A stretch of DNA of 20,000 nt from an uncultured virus (IMG/VR IMGVR_UViG_3300049259_000219) (lineage: Duplodnaviria > Heunggongvirae > Uroviricota > Caudoviricetes). Location of the stretch: the IMG/VR virus record IMGVR_UViG_3300049259_000219; one strand, written 5' to 3'. The notes below the pieces were generated by a model. The model ran no database searches, was not told where the DNA came from, and was given only the letters and a program-made list of their open reading frames with translations. Below, piece after piece: positions 1 through 8,057 of the stretch. A program made the position numbers and the translations under genes. Every line of letters starts with the position of its first letter. Within the stretch, counting starts at the first letter, position 1.

Positions 1-1534
1 GTTGCACGACATTCTCGAGCTGCTGCAGGATGAGATCGAGATAGCCCTGCGCGTCGACAATCTCCTGCGCCCATCCACGGATCTCCGCCGGCGCGCGATC
101 CTGCAAGCGCAGCGGCCAGTGGAACATGCCCGCTTCCCACCCCTCGCGGTAGTTCTGATGGCAGGCCTCAATGAACCCGTCGTCACTCACGAGCTGGCGC
201 GGCTCCACGAAGGGCAGACGGTCGAAGGAACCACCCCGCTTGAAGTAGTGAACGATCGGCTGCTTATCAACCGTGATCGGCTCATCCGTGGTACACAGCG
301 GGGTGACGTTGAAGCGGTGCCCATCGAGTTCCTGCGTCGCCCGCTTCATTTCCTTGTAGACCCACAAGCCACCACCGCCAGGATCGAGCACGATGCGCGA
401 GAAGGCAAAGAAGCGGTGCAGCCGATGAATGAAGGCCGACGTCTCGGCTGCCGACTTGTCCCGCAGAAAGGAGGCGAAGGTGAACGCGATATTGAAGTCA
501 CGCCCAGGGAGCTGGAAGTTGCAGGGCAGGTTCATCCCCGCCGCCGCCAGCTCCACGATCCGCAGATTCACAAAGGCCGAGCTATCGGACTTGATCGACT
601 GACCGGGCGCAATGTCGACGCCAAGGATGTTCACCTCGCCGTCATACAGCCGGGCCATGGCGGGCTCGAGGTAGCGGCGCGTGGCCAGCGTCAGGATTCC
701 CTCCGGGTAATAAGTGGATCCATCGCGGCTCCACAAGCCGAGCCATTGCCGCCGGAATTGCTCAGGCTGCAAGACGGCCCGTTGCGTGCGAATCGTCGAA
801 TCAGGCCGCAACTTTTTCGCCATCGCGGGCGAGAAATCGCGAAAGCAAAAAGAATAGACCGCGTGCGTGTTGGAGCCGTCCCGAATGAGGCGGCGATAGC
901 TCTTGTACCGCTCGAAGCCACGATGCGACGGCTTCTCCGCGTGCCCCTTGAAGTGGATATGGTTGCACCAGATCGGATGATTCTGATTGAACGAAGGCCG
1001 GGTCACACGATCGACGAGCTGCTTGTCGATGCCCTCGCCCATGTCCATCGAGCGGAGCCAGTCGTCGATGACCAGCGTGTTGAACCGGCGACTGGCCTGC
1101 GTATTGGAGTCCTGCATGAAGGACGGCGCCGGCATGATGACCCGCGAACCGTGTTTGTAGTGCCACGAGTAGGCACCAGGCTCCTTCTTCTCCCCGATGA
1201 CGTTGCGATAGACCTGACACTGGAGCCGGAAGATCTCCGATTGCTGGATGGTCTTTTCGTAGTACGGCCAGAACTCATCCTTGCCGGTCTGGAAGTTCGG
1301 AAAGTAGACGGCCGCCACGTGATCCGGCAGCAGCATCGCGCGGAGATTGACGAGAAGGAAGATGCGGAGGGTCTTGCCGGTCGAGACGCCGGACGAGTCG
1401 ATCGTCTCCGGGAACCACCAGTCAATCCGCAGCGCGGCCGCCTGAAACACGTCGAGCTTCCAACCCATCAGGACCTCGGCGGCCATGACCGGGTCGCAAA
1501 GTAACTTTTTGAGAACAGAGGAGGAGAACTCCAT
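1..1534 (-). CDS. terL: Terminase large subunit (3' end truncated by window edge; at least 511 aa)
   Basis: Manual translation from ATG at 1534 (MEFSSSVLKKLLCDPVMAAEVLMGWKLDVFQAAALR...), open to position 2. Walker A-like GVSTGKT (1370-1390), Walker B-like TLVIDD (1061-1078), linker FRRQWLGLW, RNase H-like nuclease motifs ILGVDIAPG...SDSSA and IVLDPGGGG. Abuts the upstream stop at 1535. Confidence 0.85.
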   Translation of the reverse strand, partial: MEFSSSVLKKLLCDPVMAAEVLMGWKLDVFQAAALRIDWWFPETIDSSGVSTGKTLRIFLLVNLRAMLLPDHVAAVYFPNFQTGKDEFWPYYEKTIQQSEIFRLQCQVYRNVIGEKKEPGAYSWHYKHGSRVIMPAPSFMQDSNTQASRRFNTLVIDDWLRSMDMGEGIDKQLVDRVTRPSFNQNHPIWCNHIHFKGHAEKPSHRGFERYKSYRRLIRDGSNTHAVYSFCFRDFSPAMAKKLRPDSTIRTQRAVLQPEQFRRQWLGLWSRDGSTYYPEGILTLATRRYLEPAMARLYDGEVNILGVDIAPGQSIKSDSSAFVNLRIVELAAAGMNLPCNFQLPGRDFNIAFTFASFLRDKSAAETSAFIHRLHRFFAFSRIVLDPGGGGLWVYKEMKRATQELDGHRFNVTPLCTTDEPITVDKQPIVHYFKRGGSFDRLPFVEPRQLVSDDGFIEACHQNYREGWEAGMFHWPLRLQDRAPAEIRGWAQEIVDAQGYLDLILQQLENVVQ

Positions 1535-1795
1535 TTAGTTTTTCCCCTGCGTGTTGACCTGCGCAGTCAGCGCGTAGCCCTCGCCCTTCTTGCCACCGCC
1601 CTTGACCAACCCAACCTTGACCACGATCACCTCCGGAAACTCGCGGAGCAGCTTCGCCATGTACCGGGCAATCGTCCGCGGCCGATTCTCGACGATGAAG
1701 CCGATCTTGCCGCCGGTCTTGCGGGCCACCTCACCAATCGCCGTGATACGCTGATCCTCAGTCAAGGACGCCAGGTCAAAGTAGGGAGTACTCAT
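1535..1795 (-). CDS. Hypothetical protein (86 aa)
   Basis: ATG overlaps the upstream TGA; its stop abuts the terL ATG; globular-like composition. Confidence 0.75.
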   Translation of the reverse strand: MSTPYFDLASLTEDQRITAIGEVARKTGGKIGFIVENRPRTIARYMAKLLREFPEVIVVKVGLVKGGGKKGEGYALTAQVNTQGKN

Positions 1796-2076
1796 ATCGT
1801 ATCTTTAGGTTCCGTCGGTCGATTCCATTGCAGGTCGTAACCTGGCTCGTGTTGCTTCCAGTTGCGATGGCATTGCAGCACCTTCAGACCGCTCCCGCAC
1901 GGGCAGTAGCTCCACTTTTTGATTCGGCGCACAGGAGGAACCGCTTGCGGAGGGTAGGGCTTCTGAGGGAAGCAGCCGCCCGCCGCGAACACGCGCCCCA
2001 TAAAGGCAGCCTCCTCCGGGAACTCATGTTCAAAGCGCGGCGGTACATCCTGCACGTCTGGATAGCCTTCGGTCAT
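1792..2076 (-). CDS. SEC-C (Zn-binding) motif protein (94 aa)
   Basis: IKKWSYCPCGSGLKVLQCH matches the SEC-C pattern CPCGSGxxxxxCH; ATGA overlaps at both ends. Confidence 0.75.
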   Translation of the reverse strand: MTEGYPDVQDVPPRFEHEFPEEAAFMGRVFAAGGCFPQKPYPPQAVPPVRRIKKWSYCPCGSGLKVLQCHRNWKQHEPGYDLQWNRPTEPKDTI

Positions 2077-2351
2077 TGCCTTTGAACCCCGGCATCACTC
2101 CTCACCTTTTCCCACGCGAGCTTGATGTCGCGCAACCGAATGGCCGCAACCATTGGCAGGCACCCTTCGAAGCTAGCCACCAGGTCCCACTCCGCCTCTG
2201 TCATTGGTCGGCACGGCGGAGTATGCAGGCAGGGAAAGACGGTGAAGCCGCCGAAGACGGGAATCTTCTCCGCGCGCAGCACGGTATCGACCCGCGCCTC
2301 CGCGTCGCCCTCCACGGCGCGCAGCAGCCGGCATTGATGAATTGGTACCAT
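2073..2351 (-). CDS. Hypothetical protein (92 aa, MVPIHQCRLL...)
   Basis: ATG at 2351 is 2 nt after the upstream stop, so it is preferred over the track's start at 2411; the stop overlaps the next ATG. Confidence 0.6.
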   Translation of the reverse strand: MVPIHQCRLLRAVEGDAEARVDTVLRAEKIPVFGGFTVFPCLHTPPCRPMTEAEWDLVASFEGCLPMVAAIRLRDIKLAWEKVRSDAGVQRQ

Positions 2352-2353
2352 AG

Positions 2354-2503
2354 TCAAGTTCCAGGTGCAGCAGAGGCTGGGCGAGCCGTGGCGCGCAGAT
2401 AAAGGGGACAAGTGGAAACGACCCTCACAACAACCCCGTTGCTCCGAATAGAAGCCGTCCGCTCCCAGTGTGGACGGGAAGGAGTATGTTTTTTGCGCTT
2501 CAT
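2354..2503 (-). CDS. Small basic hypothetical protein (49 aa, MKRKKHTPSR...)
   Basis: ATG at 2503 overlaps the TGA of the upstream 29-aa ORF; fills the gap in the coupled chain. Confidence 0.45.
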   Translation of the reverse strand: MKRKKHTPSRPHWERTASIRSNGVVVRVVSTCPLYLRATARPASAAPGT

Positions 2504-2589
2504 ATATACTTCAGCGCCTTCAGGATGATGACGGCCAGGGCCGCGGAGAGGAGGACAACGTCGAGGTAGCGAGCGATTCGAGGGTTCAT
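2500..2589 (-). CDS. Single-pass membrane micropeptide (29 aa)
   Basis: Manual translation MNPRIARYLDVVLLSAALAVIILKALKYI*; ATGA overlaps at both ends; hydrophobic core flanked by basic residues. Confidence 0.6.
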   Translation of the reverse strand: MNPRIARYLDVVLLSAALAVIILKALKYI

Positions 2590-2840
2590 AATCCGTAGCA
2601 GACAAAGCAGGTCAGTTTAGTCACACATCCGCAGGAGGGGCACTTGACCTCGCGGCATCCACACCATTCGGGAAGGCCGAGCCAGTCGACAGTTCCACCA
2701 CACTCGGGACAGAGAGCAGTAAGAGGAGGCCGCGGGGCCTGCGACATACCGACGAGCAGCCCACGAGCAAAGCCCCGCGCGAGAGCGGCGTTCTCCGCAG
2801 CTTTGCAAATCTCGATAATCTCAGCGGAGCCATCGGCCAT
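2586..2840 (-). CDS. Cys-rich Zn-finger-like protein (84 aa)
   Basis: CPECGG...CGC...CPSCG...CFVC; ATG 1 nt after junction motif copy 1. Confidence 0.7.
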   Translation of the reverse strand: MADGSAEIIEICKAAENAALARGFARGLLVGMSQAPRPPLTALCPECGGTVDWLGLPEWCGCREVKCPSCGCVTKLTCFVCYGL

Positions 2841-2841
2841 G

Positions 2842-2860
2842 TTTTACGGTACGCGTTCCG
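2842..2860 (-). repeat. Junction motif copy 1
   Basis: + strand TTTTACGGTACGCGTTCCG; contains the TAA stop of 2844..3458. Confidence 0.9.
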
Positions 2861-3458
2861 CGAATTTCGCGACCCACCCGGTTTGATGGCAGGCAGCGCA
2901 CCCGCTGGCATTACACTGCTGACAGACGGTGTTCGTGATGAGGGACGCGTCACACATGACTTCTTCGCCGTCGTGATAATTGCGAGCAGCCGGGGTCGGA
3001 TCTTTAATGAACACCGGCGACCGGCGCATGACCTTGGCAACCGCACGCTGAATCTTTGCCAGTCCTTTCTCCGGCGTGGCCGAGCTGACTTCGAGCGCAG
3101 GATCTTCTTCCGGCGTCCAAGGAGGCGGAGCCGCCTGCTCTTCCTCGTACTCGCGTGGCACACCGAGAATCTCAGGCAGCGGCGCCGCGCCCTCAGGCAG
3201 GATCCGGACGAGGACATGATGCTTCTTCATCCGCACCTTTCCCTGCGGCTGGCCCATCCTATCCAGCCAATCGGGCCGGTAATGCGGACAGGTCTCCCAG
3301 TAGGTTTTCAGGGCCATCATCGCGCTGACCGCCGGCACGTCGCCGAGGTCCCATTCGGTGGCGACGTGTTGCACCTTCTTGATGGCGAGCGTCGAGATGA
3401 TGCGGCGCGTCTTCGCGGAGAGCCGGTACATCCTCATTCCTTCAGGTAGATCGCTCAT
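2844..3458 (-). CDS. Hypothetical protein with C-terminal Cys cluster (204 aa)
   Basis: C-terminal CQQCNASGCAACHQTG resembles CxxCxGxG-type Zn repeats; starts 2 nt after the ssb stop. Confidence 0.75.
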   Translation of the reverse strand: MSDLPEGMRMYRLSAKTRRIISTLAIKKVQHVATEWDLGDVPAVSAMMALKTYWETCPHYRPDWLDRMGQPQGKVRMKKHHVLVRILPEGAAPLPEILGVPREYEEEQAAPPPWTPEEDPALEVSSATPEKGLAKIQRAVAKVMRRSPVFIKDPTPAARNYHDGEEVMCDASLITNTVCQQCNASGCAACHQTGWVAKFAERVP

Positions 3459-3460
3459 AA

Positions 3461-3952
3461 TCAGAAAGGGATATCGTCTTCCTCCGGCGCGTCGAGATCA
3501 GGATCGACGGGCTTGCGCGGAGGCGGCGCAGCAGCCGGCCGCGCCGAAGCTGGCCGCGAAGCTGGCCGCGCCGCCGACGCATCTTCCTCGCCGTCGCCCG
3601 ACGGCTCGCCACCACCAGGGCGACCACCAAGGAATTGCATTGTCTCGCCAACCACCCGCATCTTCGACCGCTTCTGTCCGGTCGTCTTGTCGTCCCACGT
3701 GTCGAGCTTCAGCCGACCCTCGATGTAAACCGGGCGGCCCTTCGCCAGATACTCCTTGGCGATCTCGGCCTGGCGGCCCCAAAGCTCCACGTCGACGAAG
3801 GTCACCTCCTCGCGTTTTTCACCGCTCTCCGTGGTGTAACTACGATTCACCGCCAGGGCGAGATCGGCAATGGCCGTCCCCTTCGGAGTGTACTTGAGCT
3901 CGGGGTCGCGGGTGAGATTCCCCATGAGCATGACTTTATTGAGATTGGGCAT
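3461..3952 (-). CDS. ssb: Single-stranded DNA-binding protein (163 aa)
   Basis: MPNLNKVMLMGNLTRDPELKYTP...WGRQAE...YLAKGRPVYIEGRL OB fold, G/P-rich linker and acidic tip EEDDIPF; start reassigned to ATG 3952. Confidence 0.97.
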   Translation of the reverse strand: MPNLNKVMLMGNLTRDPELKYTPKGTAIADLALAVNRSYTTESGEKREEVTFVDVELWGRQAEIAKEYLAKGRPVYIEGRLKLDTWDDKTTGQKRSKMRVVGETMQFLGGRPGGGEPSGDGEEDASAARPASRPASARPAAAPPPRKPVDPDLDAPEEDDIPF

Positions 3953-4250
3953 TGGAAAGCTGGCGGCGTTTGGCTGGTGTTCGGCGTTTCGGTCGAGGCT
4001 CGGGATCGATGGGCGCACCGCCTTTTACCCAGTCGGCATAGGCGGCCTCGTACGGCTGAAGCCGGACCAGGCTGTGAGGAAGGCGATGACCGAGAGCCCG
4101 CGTCTCCCCTTCGGAAATGGTGTCGAATTTACTGCTCTTCGGAAAATCGGTAGTGAACTCCCACTGCGACCGGCCGCGGGCAGATAGCGTGAAAAGAACG
4201 AAGTGAGCAACAGTGGCTTTGGAAACGAAGACGAACGATTCACCTTCCAC
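3936..4250 (-). CDS. Hypothetical protein (about 104 aa)
   Basis: Fills the gap on the coding strand; GTG start uncertain; short overlap with the ssb start. Confidence 0.45.
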   Translation of the reverse strand: MEGESFVFVSKATVAHFVLFTLSARGRSQWEFTTDFPKSSKFDTISEGETRALGHRLPHSLVRLQPYEAAYADWVKGGAPIDPEPRPKRRTPAKRRQLSNAQSQ

Positions 4251-4265
4251 GAAATGAGGGGGAAA

Positions 4266-4291
4266 GCCGCGCCAGCCTCAGCTGACGCGGC
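4266..4291 (-). terminator. GC-rich hairpin, possible weak intrinsic terminator
   Basis: Minus strand GCCGCGTCAGC-TGAG-GCTGGCGCGGC (11-bp stem, one G-U pair) followed by only TTT; downstream of 4318..4995. Confidence 0.45.
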
Positions 4292-4317
4292 AGGTTAAAG
4301 GTTACGACGGTTACGAC

Positions 4318-4995
4318 TCAGTCCTCCTCGTTCGTCGCCATCGACTCCAGAGCGGCCTCGACCGCCATCAGCTCCTCCGTGGCCTGATGCCCGGTGAGAC
4401 GCAGCAGCTCCGCGTTGTTGCGCTTAATCAGGTCGACCAGCGTCCGCAAGGGATTCTCCGGCACCGACACGAGGCGGCGGGATTGAGGACGGCCGAATGT
4501 CTCGACCTCCCGCGCGGAGACATCGTCACCAAGCGGCCGCGGACGGAAGCTAAAGCCACCATCGAAGCTGACGATCGCGGTGAACTCGGAATACGTGACA
4601 GCACGCCACTCTTCGCTACCGACCTCGCGCACCTGATACTCGCCCTCGTGAGTCCGGTACTCGTGCCGGAGAGCTTCCGCCCGCGCCTTCGCCTCTTCTT
4701 CCGTTGCTTCGCGGAAATCCTCCTGCGGCTCCCATCCGCTTGCGCCGAGATGGGGCTCCCATCCGCCCGAGTTCAAACTCCGGACGACGGTCCGCACCCG
4801 CGGACAGCCAATCCCGGCGTTCTCCCATTCAAGCTCAGTACGCTGGCTTGCCAGTGGCTGACCCTCGGAAGGCTGGCCCTCGGCAGGACCCGTCTCCCCG
4901 GAAGGCGGTTTGCTTGTCTCCTCGGAAGGAGGGTGGCTTGTCCCCGTGGAAGGGGCTTGAGCGGACGGCGCCGCGGATCGTTGGTTTCTTGACAT
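4318..4995 (-). CDS. Hypothetical protein (225 aa)
   Basis: Low-complexity N-terminus, acidic body, helical C-terminus; consistent with the operon strand. Confidence 0.7.
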   Translation of the reverse strand: MSRNQRSAAPSAQAPSTGTSHPPSEETSKPPSGETGPAEGQPSEGQPLASQRTELEWENAGIGCPRVRTVVRSLNSGGWEPHLGASGWEPQEDFREATEEEAKARAEALRHEYRTHEGEYQVREVGSEEWRAVTYSEFTAIVSFDGGFSFRPRPLGDDVSAREVETFGRPQSRRLVSVPENPLRTLVDLIKRNNAELLRLTGHQATEELMAVEAALESMATNEED

Positions 4996-5027
4996 AAGAG
5001 GAAGGCCGACTTGGCAAAAAGAGAAAG

Positions 5028-5513
5028 TTAGATTTTCGGAGCCTCCGCATCGTCCGACTCAGGGGTGCCAGTCGGCAGACCAGCGTCAGGCTTTGGGCAA
5101 CCACCGGGATGAACATGGCAGTTGCCATCACCATCAGTATCGAGACTACACCCCGCCGCCGGCGCATCCTCAGCCGCCGCGATCCGCCCCGTGGCCTTGC
5201 GGCGCGCGACCTTCGTCTCGACCGCATCGAGCTGAAGCGTGCCATCCAGGAGCAGGCGGTGCGTGACCAAAGGAAGCTCGCCCTTGTTCCGCTTCATCGC
5301 GGAGGCGAGTTGCTTATCATCACCATCCACATCGGTCGTGACGAAGCAGCCGAAGTTTTTGGAGGAATCGCGCCTGACGTAGACCTCGATGATCTGAGCC
5401 GTATTCGGCAGGCGAATCAGGAGTGAACCGAAGCGTTCGAGGCGGACCTCGAGGTTGCCTTCGGGCGTGGCGGTGAAGGTGGCAAGTTCGGCAGGCGTAG
5501 GGACGAGGCTCAT
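5028..5513 (-). CDS. Hypothetical protein (161 aa)
   Basis: ATG start, operon strand; C-terminal CSLDTDGDGNCHVHPGGC motif. Confidence 0.75.
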   Translation of the reverse strand: MSLVPTPAELATFTATPEGNLEVRLERFGSLLIRLPNTAQIIEVYVRRDSSKNFGCFVTTDVDGDDKQLASAMKRNKGELPLVTHRLLLDGTLQLDAVETKVARRKATGRIAAAEDAPAAGCSLDTDGDGNCHVHPGGCPKPDAGLPTGTPESDDAEAPKI

Positions 5514-5514
5514 T

Positions 5515-5625
5515 TCAGTGGTTTTTTTTGTGGTGTCTAACGAAAGGGATCACGTCTTGGGGACAGCAACGCCGATCGCAGAAGTCAGCGCCATCGTGGT
5601 TGAGCACTTGCCGCGACCGGGTCAT
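5515..5625 (-). CDS. Possible 36-aa Cys/His-rich peptide
   Basis: Manual translation MTRSRQVLNHDGADFCDRRCCPQDVIPFVRHHKKNH*; ATG overlaps the upstream TGA; stop 1 nt before the next ATG. Confidence 0.4.
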   Translation of the reverse strand: MTRSRQVLNHDGADFCDRRCCPQDVIPFVRHHKKNH

Positions 5626-6005
5626 ACCGCCCCCTCCGCAACGCCGTGCTCCGATTTCGAGAAGCCACACATTGCACACTGGGGAAACCCGTCAGCCTCG
5701 ACGCCCGCACCAATCCCGGCGGGGTCATATTCATCACAGGGCGTATCACCTTCGATTGGAGGCACGCGCTCGCCGTAGGTGGTTAGGCTTCCGGTAATCG
5801 GCTCTCCAGCCGCGTTAGCAGGCGCAGCCGCGACCGGAATACTGGCCTCATGAAGCCAGTCGCTCAACCGAGTGAACCCCAAGAGGTGCGCAACCTCACT
5901 CAATGGATGCGCGACGAGGTTATGAATGGACCACTTGAAATGCTCACGCGACTTCGCGCGAATCGATCGGCACAGACCCTTCAGTTGGCAGTTGGAGCAG
6001 TTCAT
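5622..6005 (-). CDS. Hypothetical His/Cys-rich phage protein (127 aa)
   Basis: Start reassigned to ATG 6005 (MNCSNCQLKGLC); WSIHNLVAHPLSE...SDWLHE motif and C-terminal CAMCGFSKSEH. Confidence 0.7.
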   Translation of the reverse strand: MNCSNCQLKGLCRSIRAKSREHFKWSIHNLVAHPLSEVAHLLGFTRLSDWLHEASIPVAAAPANAAGEPITGSLTTYGERVPPIEGDTPCDEYDPAGIGAGVEADGFPQCAMCGFSKSEHGVAEGAV

Positions 6006-6023
6006 TTTGCGGTACGCGTTACG
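6005..6023 (-). repeat. Junction motif copy 2
   Basis: + strand TTTTGCGGTACGCGTTACG; contains the stop of 6019..6816 and overlaps the ATG at 6005. Confidence 0.9.
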
Positions 6024-6816
6024 GAAGCAGATGCGCGAACCGCTCATGCAGCTCCTTCAACTCCTTCAACTCAGACAGGGCGGCGTCTCGCTCGGCCTGC
6101 ATTTCCGTGAAGACTTTGCCGCACTCAGAGACGCCCTTGTTGTAGCCGCGCTCCTCCTCGTGACGGAGGGCTTGTGCGTGCCTGGATTGCTCCCCTCGCA
6201 GGAAGTTTTCGACGGCGGTACTTTCGTGGAGGTAGGGAACGAGTTGCTGCTCCAGCTCCCGCACTCGGCGCAGCAGGCCAAGCTCAGAATCCTCCACCTT
6301 CATAGCGCATCCGGGCTCGTGTCTACCCGAAGAGCCGAAGTGCAGGCGGGCGCACTCCTTGTGCGTGAAGACTTCGCCGCAATGGAAACAGCGCCATTGA
6401 GTAGCCGCCGCCTCCGCGCGAGCGACGAGCCACTTCACGACATCCTCAAGGCCGTCCGCGCCTTCGTATTCGCCGGCGACTGAGGATTTCGAAAGCACCG
6501 CCTCGGCAGCCACCCAGTCCTTGACGAGGTCAAGAAGATCGCTCGCGTCCTCGCCACCCGATTGATAATTCGCCATCAGCGCCAGGCACTGCTTCACGGT
6601 CTCAGCCGGCCCCTCGGCTTCGGGATCGCGATCAGTCTCGGCTTCGGGATCGCGATCACGCTCTCCTCGAAGTTCGGCGCGGACTCTCTCAACTGCTTGG
6701 AACCATTTCGAGTGGTCAAGGCATCGGTGATCCATATCTTGCGCCAGACGGTCACACTCCGGGCCGACGACCGAAGTCAGCAGCCCGCGTAACATTGATT
6801 CAGAGAGAGGTTTCAT
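6019..6816 (-). CDS. Hypothetical protein with C2H2-like Zn finger and coiled coil (265 aa)
   Basis: WRCFHCGEVFTHKECARLHFG followed by E/L/R-rich helices. Confidence 0.8.
   Translation of the reverse strand: MKPLSESMLRGLLTSVVGPECDRLAQDMDHRCLDHSKWFQAVERVRAELRGERDRDPEAETDRDPEAEGPAETVKQCLALMANYQSGGEDASDLLDLVKDWVAAEAVLSKSSVAGEYEGADGLEDVVKWLVARAEAAATQWRCFHCGEVFTHKECARLHFGSSGRHEPGCAMKVEDSELGLLRRVRELEQQLVPYLHESTAVENFLRGEQSRHAQALRHEEERGYNKGVSECGKVFTEMQAERDAALSELKELKELHERFAHLLP
6613..6658. repeat. In-frame tandem duplication (22-bp identical units, 24-bp period)
   Basis: CTCGGCTTCGGGATCGCGATCA at 6613-6634 and 6637-6658, encoding DRDPEAE twice. Confidence 0.9.
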
Positions 6817-6839
6817 ATTGCGGTACGCGTTCCGTAAAA
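6816..6839 (-). repeat. Junction motif copy 3 (most symmetric copy)
   Basis: + strand TATTGCGGTACGCGTTCCGTAAAA fills the whole gap between the stop at 6840 and the ATG at 6816. Confidence 0.9.
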
Positions 6840-8057
6840 TCAGTAGTCCGCCAGCTTGGCCGAACGAACGGGTGGTTTTGGCGCGGGAGCGCGCTCTTGG
6901 GGTGGCAGCGAACGGGGCACCGCGGCGTCGCCATCCTTCTCGGCGGATTCGGCAATGGCCTCGGTCCGGTCGATGCTTTCAGGATCGAGCTCGCCGACCG
7001 CCTCGCCCGCCTCGGTCCGCGCGAGAGCCAGCCCCTGCCGGAAGCCGGCCAGGAGGCGACGATGGGCAGCACGCGCCACCTTCGGCACGGAGAAGCCAGG
7101 GTCGAACAGATTCTCGATACAGTCAGGCACGATGAAGATCAGGTCCGGGCGATACTGGAACGGTCGGGTCGCGAACTCTTCGGTCAGGATCTCCACCTCC
7201 GTCGCGGTGAACACCCCGTCAATCAGCGCGCGATCGCCGTGGGCCTCATAAGCCACCACCGCTTCGACGATCGTGGCGAGCGAATCCTTGAACGCCCGCT
7301 TGAGCCGGAGCGAACTGGTCTGCGCCTCGGACAAACCGAGGGCCTTCATCGTCGCCTCAATCTGCGCCTGCGCCTTGTTGCGCGACTCCATCAACTTCGT
7401 CAGGCGCTCCTCCATATCCTTCGTAAGCTGCCCGCCTTCGGTCCGCTGACGAATGACCGTCTGCGCCGCGCGCAAGGCTGGCTGAAGGGTGAAGAAAAGG
7501 TTGGCTTCCTGATCAATCAGGGACCGCGCCATCGACCGCTGATTCTCGGACTCGAGCACGACCTCCAGGTCGATGATGCGACCGGCCATGAACCGCCGCT
7601 CGGCCGGGTCCGTGACCTGAACGAAGCCATGCTCCAAAAGTAACTTTTCCAGACTGGCCTCATCGAGCCGGTCGACACTGGCGATGACCGGCCCTTCCGG
7701 CTCCGCGACGACCGCAGCCCGCTGATGGCGCTGCCACAGTCGCTTGGCCTCGGCGAAGCCAGCTTCCACTTCCTTGATCGGCACCGCCAGCTTTTCAGCG
7801 ATCTCATCCATCTTCCAAGGCCGGAGCAGGTCAGGATCTTCCACGCCAAAAAGCGTAGTCGCCCCGAAGAGACGGCAGACGATCCGCCAGAGGGCGGGTT
7901 GCGCGGACAGGACTTCATGCCAGCGGACGACCGCGGTGAACACCTCATCGTCCGAGCCCGCGATGCCGAAGTCGTGCAGCATCAGGCGACCGCTATCAAC
8001 GCGCCAGTCCTCGCCATCAGCGACGTACTCAATAAAGCCAGAGGGATCGATCTTCAT
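6840..8057 (-). CDS. Hypothetical helical protein with HTH-like segment (405 aa)
   Basis: WKMDEIAEKLAVPIKEVEAGFAEAKRLW HTH-like stretch and long amphipathic helices; ATGA overlap with the upstream gene. Confidence 0.8.
   Translation of the reverse strand: MKIDPSGFIEYVADGEDWRVDSGRLMLHDFGIAGSDDEVFTAVVRWHEVLSAQPALWRIVCRLFGATTLFGVEDPDLLRPWKMDEIAEKLAVPIKEVEAGFAEAKRLWQRHQRAAVVAEPEGPVIASVDRLDEASLEKLLLEHGFVQVTDPAERRFMAGRIIDLEVVLESENQRSMARSLIDQEANLFFTLQPALRAAQTVIRQRTEGGQLTKDMEERLTKLMESRNKAQAQIEATMKALGLSEAQTSSLRLKRAFKDSLATIVEAVVAYEAHGDRALIDGVFTATEVEILTEEFATRPFQYRPDLIFIVPDCIENLFDPGFSVPKVARAAHRRLLAGFRQGLALARTEAGEAVGELDPESIDRTEAIAESAEKDGDAAVPRSLPPQERAPAPKPPVRSAKLADY

Noticed and set aside
2..1504. 500-aa + strand ORF
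   Set aside because: In-register antisense shadow of terL, with no recognisable motifs.
3545..3570. 12-bp tandem repeat in ssb
   Set aside because: Ordinary slippage in the disordered linker (RPAS twice).
4300..4317. GGTTACGAC tandem repeat
   Set aside because: Only two 9-bp copies and not seen elsewhere; no function supportable.
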